Positions 18,341 to 25,683 of a stretch of 33,816 nucleotides of DNA are shown one piece after another. The DNA comes from a virus. Lineage: Duplodnaviria > Caudoviricetes. The notes beneath the pieces are model-generated. The model did not search any database. It saw only the letters and a list, made by a program, of their open reading frames with translations, and was not told the origin of the DNA. Made by a program: the position numbers and the translations under genes. The stretch's first letter is position 1. Every line of letters begins with the position of its first letter. The DNA lies in IMG/VR virus record IMGVR_UViG_3300043442_000535, positions 1-33,816 of that record. One strand, written 5' to 3'.

Positions 18341-18571
18341 TCACGACCCTTCACCCATCACGAAGCGATTCCACGCTTCTATGAGGTTCACCTCCGTACC
18401 CGCGAACGGGAACGGGTGGGTGACCGTGATGTCGGTGTCCTGAACACCGTAGGCGCGACCGAGACGGTGCGCCAGTACGAAGACATCATCGATGCCCGTA
18501 CCTTCCTCAAACTCAACCGCGATCTGCGCGGTCTTCATTCCGTCCATGTGGACGGCGATCTTGATGTTCAT
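18341..18571 (-). CDS. Hypothetical protein
   Basis: GGGGAG RBS; ATGA overlap at 18571. Confidence 0.6.
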   Translation of the reverse strand: MNIKIAVHMDGMKTAQIAVEFEEGTGIDDVFVLAHRLGRAYGVQDTDITVTHPFPFAGTEVNLIEAWNRFVMGEGS

Positions 18572-18930
18572 GACTCTCCCCCACTTCTCCACACATCGAT
18601 GAAAGTGACATACCGAATCGCCTCGTTCATCACATGAGCGACCAGTTCTGCCTCGGACGCGAAACCGAGAGCGTGGTAACGCTGAACATCAACGACGAAC
18701 TCGGGATCAACGCGGTAGTCGTCGTCGTAGATGTCCTCGGGGTCGTGATCATCGCGCAGTACCAACCACTTGGACAGGGGAACCAGTTCGTTGCGGTATC
18801 CGAGGGCGATCTCGGTGAACCGAGAGCACTCCGCTTGCACCTGCAAGAGCGACAGGTAATGCCCACCTATCAGGTGAAGCGCGACCCGATCTCTCTGGAC
18901 TCTCTTGGAGATGTGTTCCTGTTCCATCAC
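18568..18930 (-). CDS. Hypothetical protein
   Basis: (CAA)n-AGAAAGG RBS; GTGATG start. Confidence 0.65.
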   Translation of the reverse strand: MMEQEHISKRVQRDRVALHLIGGHYLSLLQVQAECSRFTEIALGYRNELVPLSKWLVLRDDHDPEDIYDDDYRVDPEFVVDVQRYHALGFASEAELVAHVMNEAIRYVTFIDVWRSGGES

Positions 18931-19160
18931 TTGTTTCCTTTCTTCTTGTTGTTGTTGTTGCGAACGATCAGAGGCGTCTGCCCGATCGTTGTCGGCGCGT
19001 CCTGATCAATCCACGCCGAACACACCACCGCGAAGTGAGACGCGATGATCTGGATCATTCGCGGATCCTTCGCGTACATGACGGGCAACACCTTGTTGAT
19101 GTAGTCGCTCACGAAATCGTCCAGCGTGACGATCTCTGGATTCCTGTTGATGATGGTCAT
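18927..19160 (-). CDS. Hypothetical protein
   Basis: GAAAGGACATCATC-ATG start context. Confidence 0.65.
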   Translation of the reverse strand: MTIINRNPEIVTLDDFVSDYINKVLPVMYAKDPRMIQIIASHFAVVCSAWIDQDAPTTIGQTPLIVRNNNNKKKGNK

Positions 19161-19179
19161 GATGATGTCCTTTCATAGA

Positions 19180-19258
19180 TACGCCGATCACTTGTTCACG
19201 GCGTAGTGCCACGGCGAGGGCTGAACCTCGCTCACACGCGCAACAAGCGCGCCGTGGC
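19180..19258 (-). ncRNA. Structured leader copy A: tRNA-like domain plus K-loop-like hairpin (putative)
   Basis: GCCACGG/CCGTGGC 7-bp stem, CGAGG-TTCAGC-CCTCG arm, AC linker, TACGCCG-TGAACAAGTGAT-CGGCGTA; same architecture as copy B. Confidence 0.6.
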
Positions 19259-19268
19259 TTGCTAGCAA

Positions 19269-19287
19269 AGTTGTGTGCTAGCACACA
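19269..19287. repeat. Palindromic repeat copy 4
   Basis: AGTTGTGTGCTAGCACACA; an extra TTGCTAGCAA palindrome abuts it at 19259-19268. Confidence 0.95.
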
Positions 19288-19297
19288 CATTCCGCGA

Positions 19298-19750
19298 TCA
19301 GAGACCGCGAGCCTTCATCTCCGCCTTGATCGCCGCGAGAGCGTCGCGGAGTTGCTTGGCGTTCGCCTTCTTGATCGCACCCTCGTTGATGAGAGCCTTG
19401 CGCTTGCCGACCGTCTGATCGCGCTTGACACCGCCACGCTTCGTGACTTGGAGCAAGTGTTCCAGATCGGTGAACGACCCCATGTCGTAGCCGCCATCGA
19501 TCGCGACGATGACGTAGGTGACGGTCGTGCGAATCGTGCTCGTCGCACGATCGGTCGTGTCCTGCCACCTCGTGCAGAACTTGTTGAGCGTGACGAGATG
19601 ACGCACCGACAGGAACGCTCGCGCGATCGCGATGTAGTCGGACAGCACCGTCTTGTCGTGACGGCACGCCACCTCCTCAGCGTTACTGATCGCCTTGATG
19701 ATCGCGAGATCGTCGTGAACGGTCAGTCCCTTGCTCTTGTTCGCCTTCAT
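19298..19750 (-). CDS. Hypothetical basic protein, first gene of the leftward early arm
   Basis: AAGGAG RBS, then ATG 19750; bracketed by two palindrome copies. Confidence 0.7.
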   Translation of the reverse strand: MKANKSKGLTVHDDLAIIKAISNAEEVACRHDKTVLSDYIAIARAFLSVRHLVTLNKFCTRWQDTTDRATSTIRTTVTYVIVAIDGGYDMGSFTDLEHLLQVTKRGGVKRDQTVGKRKALINEGAIKKANAKQLRDALAAIKAEMKARGL

Positions 19751-19773
19751 GATATTTCTCCTTGTGATGTGAT

Positions 19774-19846
19774 GACGCCGATCATTAGTTCACGGCATCG
19801 TGCGCGGAGCGGGGAACGATCCCGCACAAGGTCACCAGACCCGCGC
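19774..19846 (-). ncRNA. Structured leader copy B: tRNA-like domain plus K-loop-like hairpin (putative)
   Basis: GCGCGGG/TCCGCGC 7-bp stem, GCGGG-ATCGTTC-CCCGC arm, AC linker, GATGCCG-TGAACTAATGAT-CGGCGTC. Confidence 0.6.
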
Positions 19847-19854
19847 CAACCGAA

Positions 19855-19873
19855 AGTTGTGTGCTAGCACACA
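19855..19873. repeat. Palindromic repeat copy 5
   Basis: AGTTGTGTGCTAGCACACA. Confidence 0.95.
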
Positions 19874-20268
19874 CCTTCGGCAACCAGACGCGCGATCATC
19901 GCACGCACGCCGTCATACAGACGCGCACGAGACGCGTCCGATCTCCCCTCGCACGCGACACTCATCATCGCGCACCAACCGATCATGCGGATACCACACT
20001 CCATGACACACCCCTTGATGTAGTGGCGCGTGTGTGCGCGCCGTTGGACACCCTTAGGACACCCGTGGTTTCTGGTCGTAGCCGTTGCGCCTGTTGGTGC
20101 CGTGTTTCCGTGTGGTTCGGTGCGGCGACATGAGGGGAATGGGGTGCATAGGGGAGTGCGTACGTGGCAGCATTCAGGAGTCCCTCGGGCTAGGGCCGTC
20201 TGAGGGTTTGCGGATAGGTTTGGGCTATCTGGTGAGGGTGGGGGTGTTGGAGGCCGTTAGACGGCGTT

Positions 20269-20529
20269 TTAGCCCTGTTTGGGATAGGTTTGGGGGCGTA
20301 GGACGTGACGTTCGATGACGGAGGGTTTGTAGACGGCGATGGCGACGGAGTATTGGTTTGAGTGTGTGTCGTATGTCGTCGCTATGTGGTAGTAGTTGTC
20401 GGTTTGTCCGACGAGGAATCCTGTGGTTTCTAGGATTCGGTTTGGTTGGGGTGTGCCGAGGTCGTACCATTCGTCTTCGATGGCGTAGGTGTCCATCCAT
20501 GTGACGTGGACGATGGGGGGTGTTTTCAT
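20269..20529 (-). CDS. Small phage hypothetical protein (VxWxD type)
   Basis: MKTPPIVHVTWMDTY...ETTGFLV; TAATG coupling to the upstream gene. Confidence 0.65.
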   Translation of the reverse strand: MKTPPIVHVTWMDTYAIEDEWYDLGTPQPNRILETTGFLVGQTDNYYHIATTYDTHSNQYSVAIAVYKPSVIERHVLRPQTYPKQG

Positions 20530-20801
20530 TAGCAGTCCCATGCTCGTAGTGATTTGTTGATGCGGCTGTTGGGGTCGCGGGCTGTTTTGGATGAGGTGTT
20601 CTTTTTCTTCATGCCTTCCATGCGGGCGCAGAACGATTTGCGTCGGGCTGCGGCTGCAGGGGATTTTTTGGCTTGTTTGGCTTTGACGGGTGGTTTGAGG
20701 GTGCCACCAGTTTGTGCTTTGTAGGAGGCGCGTCCTTTGGCGTTTAGTCCGCCTTTGGGGTTTTGTCCTTCTTTCCTCTGCCACGCAGCGGATTTAGCCA
20801 C
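20529..20801 (-). CDS. Small basic phage protein (DUF6321-like)
   Basis: AWQRKEGQNPKGGLNAKGRASY...RRKSFCARM...SLRAWDC, a pattern recalled from aquatic phages. Confidence 0.7.
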   Translation of the reverse strand: MAKSAAWQRKEGQNPKGGLNAKGRASYKAQTGGTLKPPVKAKQAKKSPAAAARRKSFCARMEGMKKKNTSSKTARDPNSRINKSLRAWDC

Positions 20802-20805
20802 GATT

Positions 20806-20922
20806 TCAACCCTTCTTCTTCTTGGGGACGACCATCTTCTTGCCAGTCTTCGCCGCCTCCTTTTTGGCGGCGGCGTATCCAGCCTTCGTGTACGAGAAAT
20901 GCTTGCTTCCTACCTTCGGCAT
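20806..20922 (-). CDS. 38-aa Lys-rich protein (not in the ORF track)
   Basis: AGGAGGAG RBS; MPKVGSKHFSYTKAGYAAAKKEAAKTGKKMVVPKKKKG. Confidence 0.7.
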   Translation of the reverse strand: MPKVGSKHFSYTKAGYAAAKKEAAKTGKKMVVPKKKKG

Positions 20923-20958
20923 GGTGCTCCTCCTGCTGTCGTCGCAAATGGTTACTAG

Positions 20959-20992
20959 ATCGGGGGTACGGCGCTGGGCTAGTACCCCCGAT
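20959..20992. promoter_or_regulatory. 11-bp inverted repeat in the divergent intergenic region
   Basis: ATCGGGGGTAC-N12-GTACCCCCGAT. Confidence 0.55.
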
Positions 20993-21055
20993 AACTATTG
21001 GCCCCTATCCAAAGCGTTACACGTTACATTGTGAACAAGTGAACAGGGCACCGAG

Positions 21056-21080
21056 GTAACGAGGTGTCCTGTTGGTGATG
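21056..21080 (+). promoter_or_regulatory. Late motif GTAACG-N13-GTGATG, copy 1
   Basis: Same spacing recurs at 23223, 27725 and 33234. Confidence 0.7.
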
Positions 21081-21506
21081 GGACTTGAAGAGAATGTGCT
21101 GGACGCCCGACAGGAGGCGTATCTCGGCTGGCTGTGCACGCCGCCCGCCGAACGTGATCCTGCGTCCAAGGAGAAGTTCGCGGATTCCGTTGGTGTGAAT
21201 GTGTCTACTTTGCGCCGCTGGGAGAAGCGGGATGTGTTCCGCAAGAAGTGGCAGGAGAAAGTTGATGACATTCAGGGGTCGCCTGAACGGTCTCAGCGCT
21301 TGTTGGACACGTTGTATGATCGTGCTCTTGGCGGCGACATCAAAGCCGCTCAGTTGTATTTGCAGGCAACGAATCGGATGGCTCCTCCTACGGTGAACGT
21401 GAAGACTGATTCCAAGACGTCCGAGTTGTCGGACAAGGAACTGGACGAGTTGATTGCCGCGATGGCGTCCCGAGAGCAGGAGTCTCGTCGCCTGAAGGTT
21501 GTATGA
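21078..21506 (+). CDS. terS: Probable terminase small subunit (N-terminal HTH)
   Basis: KFADSVGVNVSTLRRW HTH; GDIKAAQLYL; ELSDKELDELI; upstream of TerL. Confidence 0.7.
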   Translation: MGLEENVLDARQEAYLGWLCTPPAERDPASKEKFADSVGVNVSTLRRWEKRDVFRKKWQEKVDDIQGSPERSQRLLDTLYDRALGGDIKAAQLYLQATNRMAPPTVNVKTDSKTSELSDKELDELIAAMASREQESRRLKVV

Positions 21507-21646
21507 GCCAGTTGGTTGAATGTCCGATTTGTGGCGAGGAGTATCCACCTGTGGCGTGTCGTTGGCGTTGCCCGTATTGTGGCGGTAAGGACAACTGTTG
21601 TGATGGGGAGCCTCAGAAGATGAGGGATGAGGATGGATCTGACTGA
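21503..21646 (+). CDS. 47-aa CPxCG-type zinc-finger microprotein (not in the ORF track)
   Basis: CPICG...CRWRCPYCG...CCDG; ATGA overlap with terS. Confidence 0.65.
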   Translation: MSQLVECPICGEEYPPVACRWRCPYCGGKDNCCDGEPQKMRDEDGSD

Positions 21647-23222
21647 ACTCCTGAATGAACGGGAGTGGCGACGGTGCCGTGGGCCAGAAGAAGCGAACAT
21701 TGACCAGTTGGTTGAAGCGTTCACGTATTTCTGTGAGAACTATTGGAGCATCAAGCATCCTGAACGTGGTCGAATCATGTTTGAGTTGCGTGAAGCGCAG
21801 ATTGAAACAATCAGGGCTTGGATGTCGAACCGTTATTCGGTTGTGTTGAAAGCCCGTCAGATTGGTTTTTCGACGTTGGCTGCAGCGTATGCGTTTTGGT
21901 TGACGTTCTTTTGGCCCGATCGATTTATTGTCATGTTGTCTCGCACGGAACGTGAAGCAGCGAAACTGTTGCAGAAATCGAAGTATGGTTACAAGTTCAT
22001 TCCTTTGTGGATGCGTTCTCGTGGCCCGCAAATCACGTCAGATAACCAGTTGAAGATGACGTTCTCCAATGAGTCCGCGATTGAGTCGCTGCCGTCAGGC
22101 AACGACCCTGCTCGCGGCGAGTCCGTGTATTTGGTGATTGTTGACGAGATGGCGTTCTTGCCGAACTCGGAAGAAGCGTGGGCGTCCATTGAACCGATTG
22201 CTGACGTCGGTGGTCGCGTTATTTGTTTGTCTACAGCAAACGGTTCAGGCAACTTCTTTCACCAAATGTGGGTTGGGTCGCAAACTGGGGCGAACTTGTT
22301 CAAAGGTATTTTCTGGCCTTGGTCTGCGGGTGACCGCGACGACGACTGGTATGAAGCGAAGTCAAAGACAATGCCGTCATGGCAGTTGCATCAAGAATAC
22401 CCACGCAACCCTGAAGAGGCATTCATCAAGTCGGGCAACCCTGTCTTTGACATCGATCGACTGTTGGAGTACGAAACACATGAACCGCGACGCGGGTATC
22501 TGCATGTGTACGGCAGGAAGAACAGCGAGTTCCGTGTAGCCCCCGATGGCGAGTTCGCTATCTGGGAAGATCCGCGCCCCGAAGGGGTGTATGTGATTGG
22601 CGCTGACGTTGCTGAAGGTTTGGGGCATGGCGACTATTCGTCTGCCCACGTGATCGAAGCCCGTTCCCTGTCTGTCGTCGCCCATTGGCATGGGCACATT
22701 GAACCAGATCTGTTTGGTGATGCTTTGGCAGAAGTGGGTTACTGGTACAACGGCGCCCTGTTGGGTGTGGAGAACAACAACCACGGGCTGACAACGCTGA
22801 AAGCGTTGCAGCGTTACGGCTACAAGAACCTGTACCGTACACGACGGTTGCAGCAACGCAACCCTGAGGCTACAGAGATCATGGGTTGGCGTACGACGAC
22901 AGCAACGAAACCGTTGGCGATTGACGAGTTGGCGGCACCTATCCGTGATGGTGAACTGGAGATTTGGGACGAACGGACGATTGCCGAGTTGAAGACCTAT
23001 GTGCGTGACCCCAATGGCAGGATGCATGGTTCTCCACATGACGACCGCGTGATGTCGTTGGCTATCGCCCACCAAATGTTGAAATACGTTTGGCTACCAG
23101 AGTACAGGGCCGAGCAGCCTTTGCCGAAGTACAGTTTGGATTGGTTCAGCCGTTTTGTGGAACACGGCGACGAAGGATTGAAACCTGTACCTATTGGGGC
23201 GTACAACTCGCGTAAACGGTAG
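21633..23222 (+). CDS. terL: Terminase large subunit
   Basis: LKARQIGFST (Walker A), VIVDEMAF (Walker B), LSTANG, GADVAEG..GDYS and HDDRVMS nuclease motifs. Confidence 0.95.
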   Translation: MDLTELLNEREWRRCRGPEEANIDQLVEAFTYFCENYWSIKHPERGRIMFELREAQIETIRAWMSNRYSVVLKARQIGFSTLAAAYAFWLTFFWPDRFIVMLSRTEREAAKLLQKSKYGYKFIPLWMRSRGPQITSDNQLKMTFSNESAIESLPSGNDPARGESVYLVIVDEMAFLPNSEEAWASIEPIADVGGRVICLSTANGSGNFFHQMWVGSQTGANLFKGIFWPWSAGDRDDDWYEAKSKTMPSWQLHQEYPRNPEEAFIKSGNPVFDIDRLLEYETHEPRRGYLHVYGRKNSEFRVAPDGEFAIWEDPRPEGVYVIGADVAEGLGHGDYSSAHVIEARSLSVVAHWHGHIEPDLFGDALAEVGYWYNGALLGVENNNHGLTTLKALQRYGYKNLYRTRRLQQRNPEATEIMGWRTTTATKPLAIDELAAPIRDGELEIWDERTIAELKTYVRDPNGRMHGSPHDDRVMSLAIAHQMLKYVWLPEYRAEQPLPKYSLDWFSRFVEHGDEGLKPVPIGAYNSRKR

Positions 23223-23247
23223 GTAACGCCCACGGTTATGTGTGATG
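23223..23247 (+). promoter_or_regulatory. Late motif GTAACG-N13-GTGATG, copy 2
   Basis: Immediately after the terL stop. Confidence 0.7.
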
Positions 23248-23472
23248 GGTTCAGCAAACTGTGTGGAATGTGGTCAACTGTTCACGTTTGACGTGATGCC
23301 GCGCCGTGGCGCGGTTTGTTTCCGTTGCCATTTGCAAGGAATCCGTCTCGGTTTTACTCACGGCAAAGAAGATTTCCACGGCCCGACCGTCCGTGAACGT
23401 CAACGGCAGCAGGAGAAGCAAGCCGCTGACGCTGGAATCAAAGCCGAACCTGTTGGGAACAGGTGGGTGTGA
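23242..23472 (+). CDS. Small Cys-containing hypothetical protein
   Basis: CVEC...CFRC; starts at the late motif. Confidence 0.6.
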   Translation: MMGSANCVECGQLFTFDVMPRRGAVCFRCHLQGIRLGFTHGKEDFHGPTVRERQRQQEKQAADAGIKAEPVGNRWV

Positions 23473-23475
23473 CCT

Positions 23476-23667
23476 ATGTGGTGGGTTCCGATTGTCGTTG
23501 CCTTGATTGGCGGGCCACTCATGTGGGGTCTAAGCAGGTTCGATAGACGGAACAGCCAGCAACACGCAGAGAACCAGAAGGTTCTGCTGCGTATTGAAAC
23601 CAAGGTCGACCACATAGACGATCGACTTGATCAACACATTGACTACCACCTGAAGGAGGGGTTGTGA
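23476..23667 (+). CDS. Small membrane-anchored coiled-coil protein (lysis-cassette type)
   Basis: N-terminal TM segment; IETKVDHIDDRLDQHI. Confidence 0.6.
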   Translation: MWWVPIVVALIGGPLMWGLSRFDRRNSQQHAENQKVLLRIETKVDHIDDRLDQHIDYHLKEGL

Positions 23668-23840
23668 CTTACAAGGATGCTTTCAAGCGTGCGGTTGCGA
23701 CGTTTATTGCTGGCGCTACCGCCAGCCCGTTGACTTCCGCCGTGTTTGATGTTTCGTTTTTCAAAGCGGCAGGCATTGCTGGTTTGATCGCGGTGTGGAA
23801 CTGGGTTGCTCGTTCGGCGCAGGCGTGGAATAGCGTCTGA
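23664..23840 (+). CDS. Putative holin (58 aa; not in the ORF track)
   Basis: AAGGAGG RBS, GTG start; KRAVATF (r1t-holin-like) and two hydrophobic segments; TGATG coupling to the portal. Confidence 0.6.
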   Translation: MTYKDAFKRAVATFIAGATASPLTSAVFDVSFFKAAGIAGLIAVWNWVARSAQAWNSV

Positions 23841-25633
23841 TGGCTCGACCGTCCAATCACGAGATCCTGACCCGCTACCAGAAGAAACTGGCGCTGGCGA
23901 AGCGTTGGCGGCGAGAAGAGGATCACGACGACACTTGGCGTCGTCTGGTTGACCTGTATCGCGGTCGACATTACGAAGACCTGTCCCCCGAAGACAGGCT
24001 TTTGGTCAACATCTCGTTTTCGACGGTCAACGTGATTGCGCCCAGCGTGGCGGTGAACTATCCGAAGATTGCGGTCAATGCCCGCCGTCCTGATGATGCG
24101 CCTCGGGCGATCATCACGGAGGCGGTTATCAACTACTGGTGGAAGCATTACAAGGTGCGCCCCGAGTTCCGTCGCGCAGTCAAGGACTTTCTTGTGGTTG
24201 GTCACGGCTGGCTGAAGGTCGGCTACCGTTATGTAGAGGAAGAGGAAATCGGTCAGGATGCCGACATTTCGGATGACGAAGTGGCTGGCAATGAGATCAC
24301 ACCTTCGATTGTGATTATTGAAGATCGACCGTTTGTTGAACGAGTATCACCGTTTGACGTGTTTGTTGATCCTGATGCTACGTCAATGTCGGATGCGCGG
24401 TGGATTGCGCAGCGTATCCGCCGTGCGTTGAAGGACGTAAAGTCGGACAAGCGGTATTCCAAGGCTGCTCGTGACAGCATCAATGCGACATCTTGGGGTC
24501 GGTACAACGATGATCCTTCCAAGCGTCAGGTGCAGGACTCTGATGAGGGCTACGTGGAGATTTGGGAGTTTTACGACATTCCGAAGAACACGATGGCTGT
24601 GTTTGCTGAAGGTTGCGAACATTTCCTTGTGAAGCCGATGGAGATGCCGTATGCGTTTGGTCATCCGTTTGTGATGATCCGCAACTACGACGTACCTGAT
24701 CATTTCTATCCGATTGGTGATTTGGAGGCTATTGAGCCGCTGCAGCGAGAGTTGAATGCGACTCGTACGCAGATGATGAATCACCGTAAGCGGTATGCCC
24801 GAAAGTACCTGTTCAAGGAATCGGCTTTCGATGCCGATGGTCGGGATGCTTTGGAATCGGATTACGACAACACGATGGTTCCTGTCGCGTCTGATGAACC
24901 GCTTGGGAATGTGATTGCCCCGTTCCCTGCGGTAGTCACACCTCCCGAGTTCTACCGCCAGTCCGACATCATTGAGTCGGACATCAACATGGTTTCTGGC
25001 GTGTCCGAGTATTTGCGTGGTTCGCTGCCTGAGATCCGTCGTACGGCGACGGAAGCGGCGATTGTGCAGGATGCCGCGAATGCTCGCGCTGCAGACAAGT
25101 TGGCAACCATTGAGCAGGCGATTGCCGAGGTTGCTTCCCGTTTGGTGCTTCTGGCCCAGCAGTTTATGACTGGCGAGCAGGTTGCCCGCATTGTCGGCGC
25201 TGACGGCGAACCCATGTGGGTGACGTTCGATGCCGATTACATTGCTGGCGAGTTTGACTTTGAGGTGGAGGCTGGGTCTACAGCCCCCGTGAATGAGTCG
25301 TTCCGTCGACAGATGGCTTTGCAGATGGTTGATGCAATGGCTCCGTTTGCTGGGTTGGGGATTGTGAACATGCCCGCTTTGGCGGCGCATGTTCTGCAGT
25401 TTGGTTTCGGTGTGAAGAACCCTGACAAGTTCATTCAGACTGCTCCCGCCCCTGCCGCCCCACCGATGATGGGTGGTGGCGCCCCAATGCCGCCAGAAGC
25501 ATTGCCGCCTGCTGGAATGCCGCAGGAAGCGGCAGTATTGCCGCCTACTGCTGAAGCACTTTCTGGTGTTGATCCGTCGATTCTGTCGGCACTTCAGAGT
25601 CGAATGGGCTTTGATTTGCCGAACACGATGTAA
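23840..25633 (+). CDS. Portal protein (P22-like)
   Basis: 597 aa after TerL; GHGWLKVG, VSPFDVFVDPDA and RTATE motifs; Pro-rich tail. Confidence 0.85.
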   Translation: MARPSNHEILTRYQKKLALAKRWRREEDHDDTWRRLVDLYRGRHYEDLSPEDRLLVNISFSTVNVIAPSVAVNYPKIAVNARRPDDAPRAIITEAVINYWWKHYKVRPEFRRAVKDFLVVGHGWLKVGYRYVEEEEIGQDADISDDEVAGNEITPSIVIIEDRPFVERVSPFDVFVDPDATSMSDARWIAQRIRRALKDVKSDKRYSKAARDSINATSWGRYNDDPSKRQVQDSDEGYVEIWEFYDIPKNTMAVFAEGCEHFLVKPMEMPYAFGHPFVMIRNYDVPDHFYPIGDLEAIEPLQRELNATRTQMMNHRKRYARKYLFKESAFDADGRDALESDYDNTMVPVASDEPLGNVIAPFPAVVTPPEFYRQSDIIESDINMVSGVSEYLRGSLPEIRRTATEAAIVQDAANARAADKLATIEQAIAEVASRLVLLAQQFMTGEQVARIVGADGEPMWVTFDADYIAGEFDFEVEAGSTAPVNESFRRQMALQMVDAMAPFAGLGIVNMPALAAHVLQFGFGVKNPDKFIQTAPAPAAPPMMGGGAPMPPEALPPAGMPQEAAVLPPTAEALSGVDPSILSALQSRMGFDLPNTM

Positions 25634-25654
25634 CGCACAGTTCTTTCTGTAGAG
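25630..25654 (+). promoter_or_regulatory. Variant late motif GTAACG-N13-GTAGAG upstream of scaffold/capsid
   Basis: Same hexamer and spacing to GT; this copy has a leader with an AAGGAG RBS. Confidence 0.5.
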
Positions 25655-25683
25655 CAACCTTCACGGACTCAAAGGAGACATAG

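Noticed and set aside
18196-18354. Poly-Gln N-terminal extension of the amidoligase; LCASTQL peptides in several ORFs
   Set aside because: Artefacts of translating the (CAA)n tract and the palindrome; better SD-supported starts lie downstream
19208-19846. Canonical tRNA genes
   Set aside because: Only 45-51 nt, with no D arm, no standard anticodon arm and no CCA; reported as tRNA-like instead
13018-19873. Palindromic repeats as a CRISPR array
   Set aside because: Spacing is about 0.6-3 kb with whole genes in between. There is no cas operon, and the Cas4-like nuclease sits in an ordinary phage replication context.
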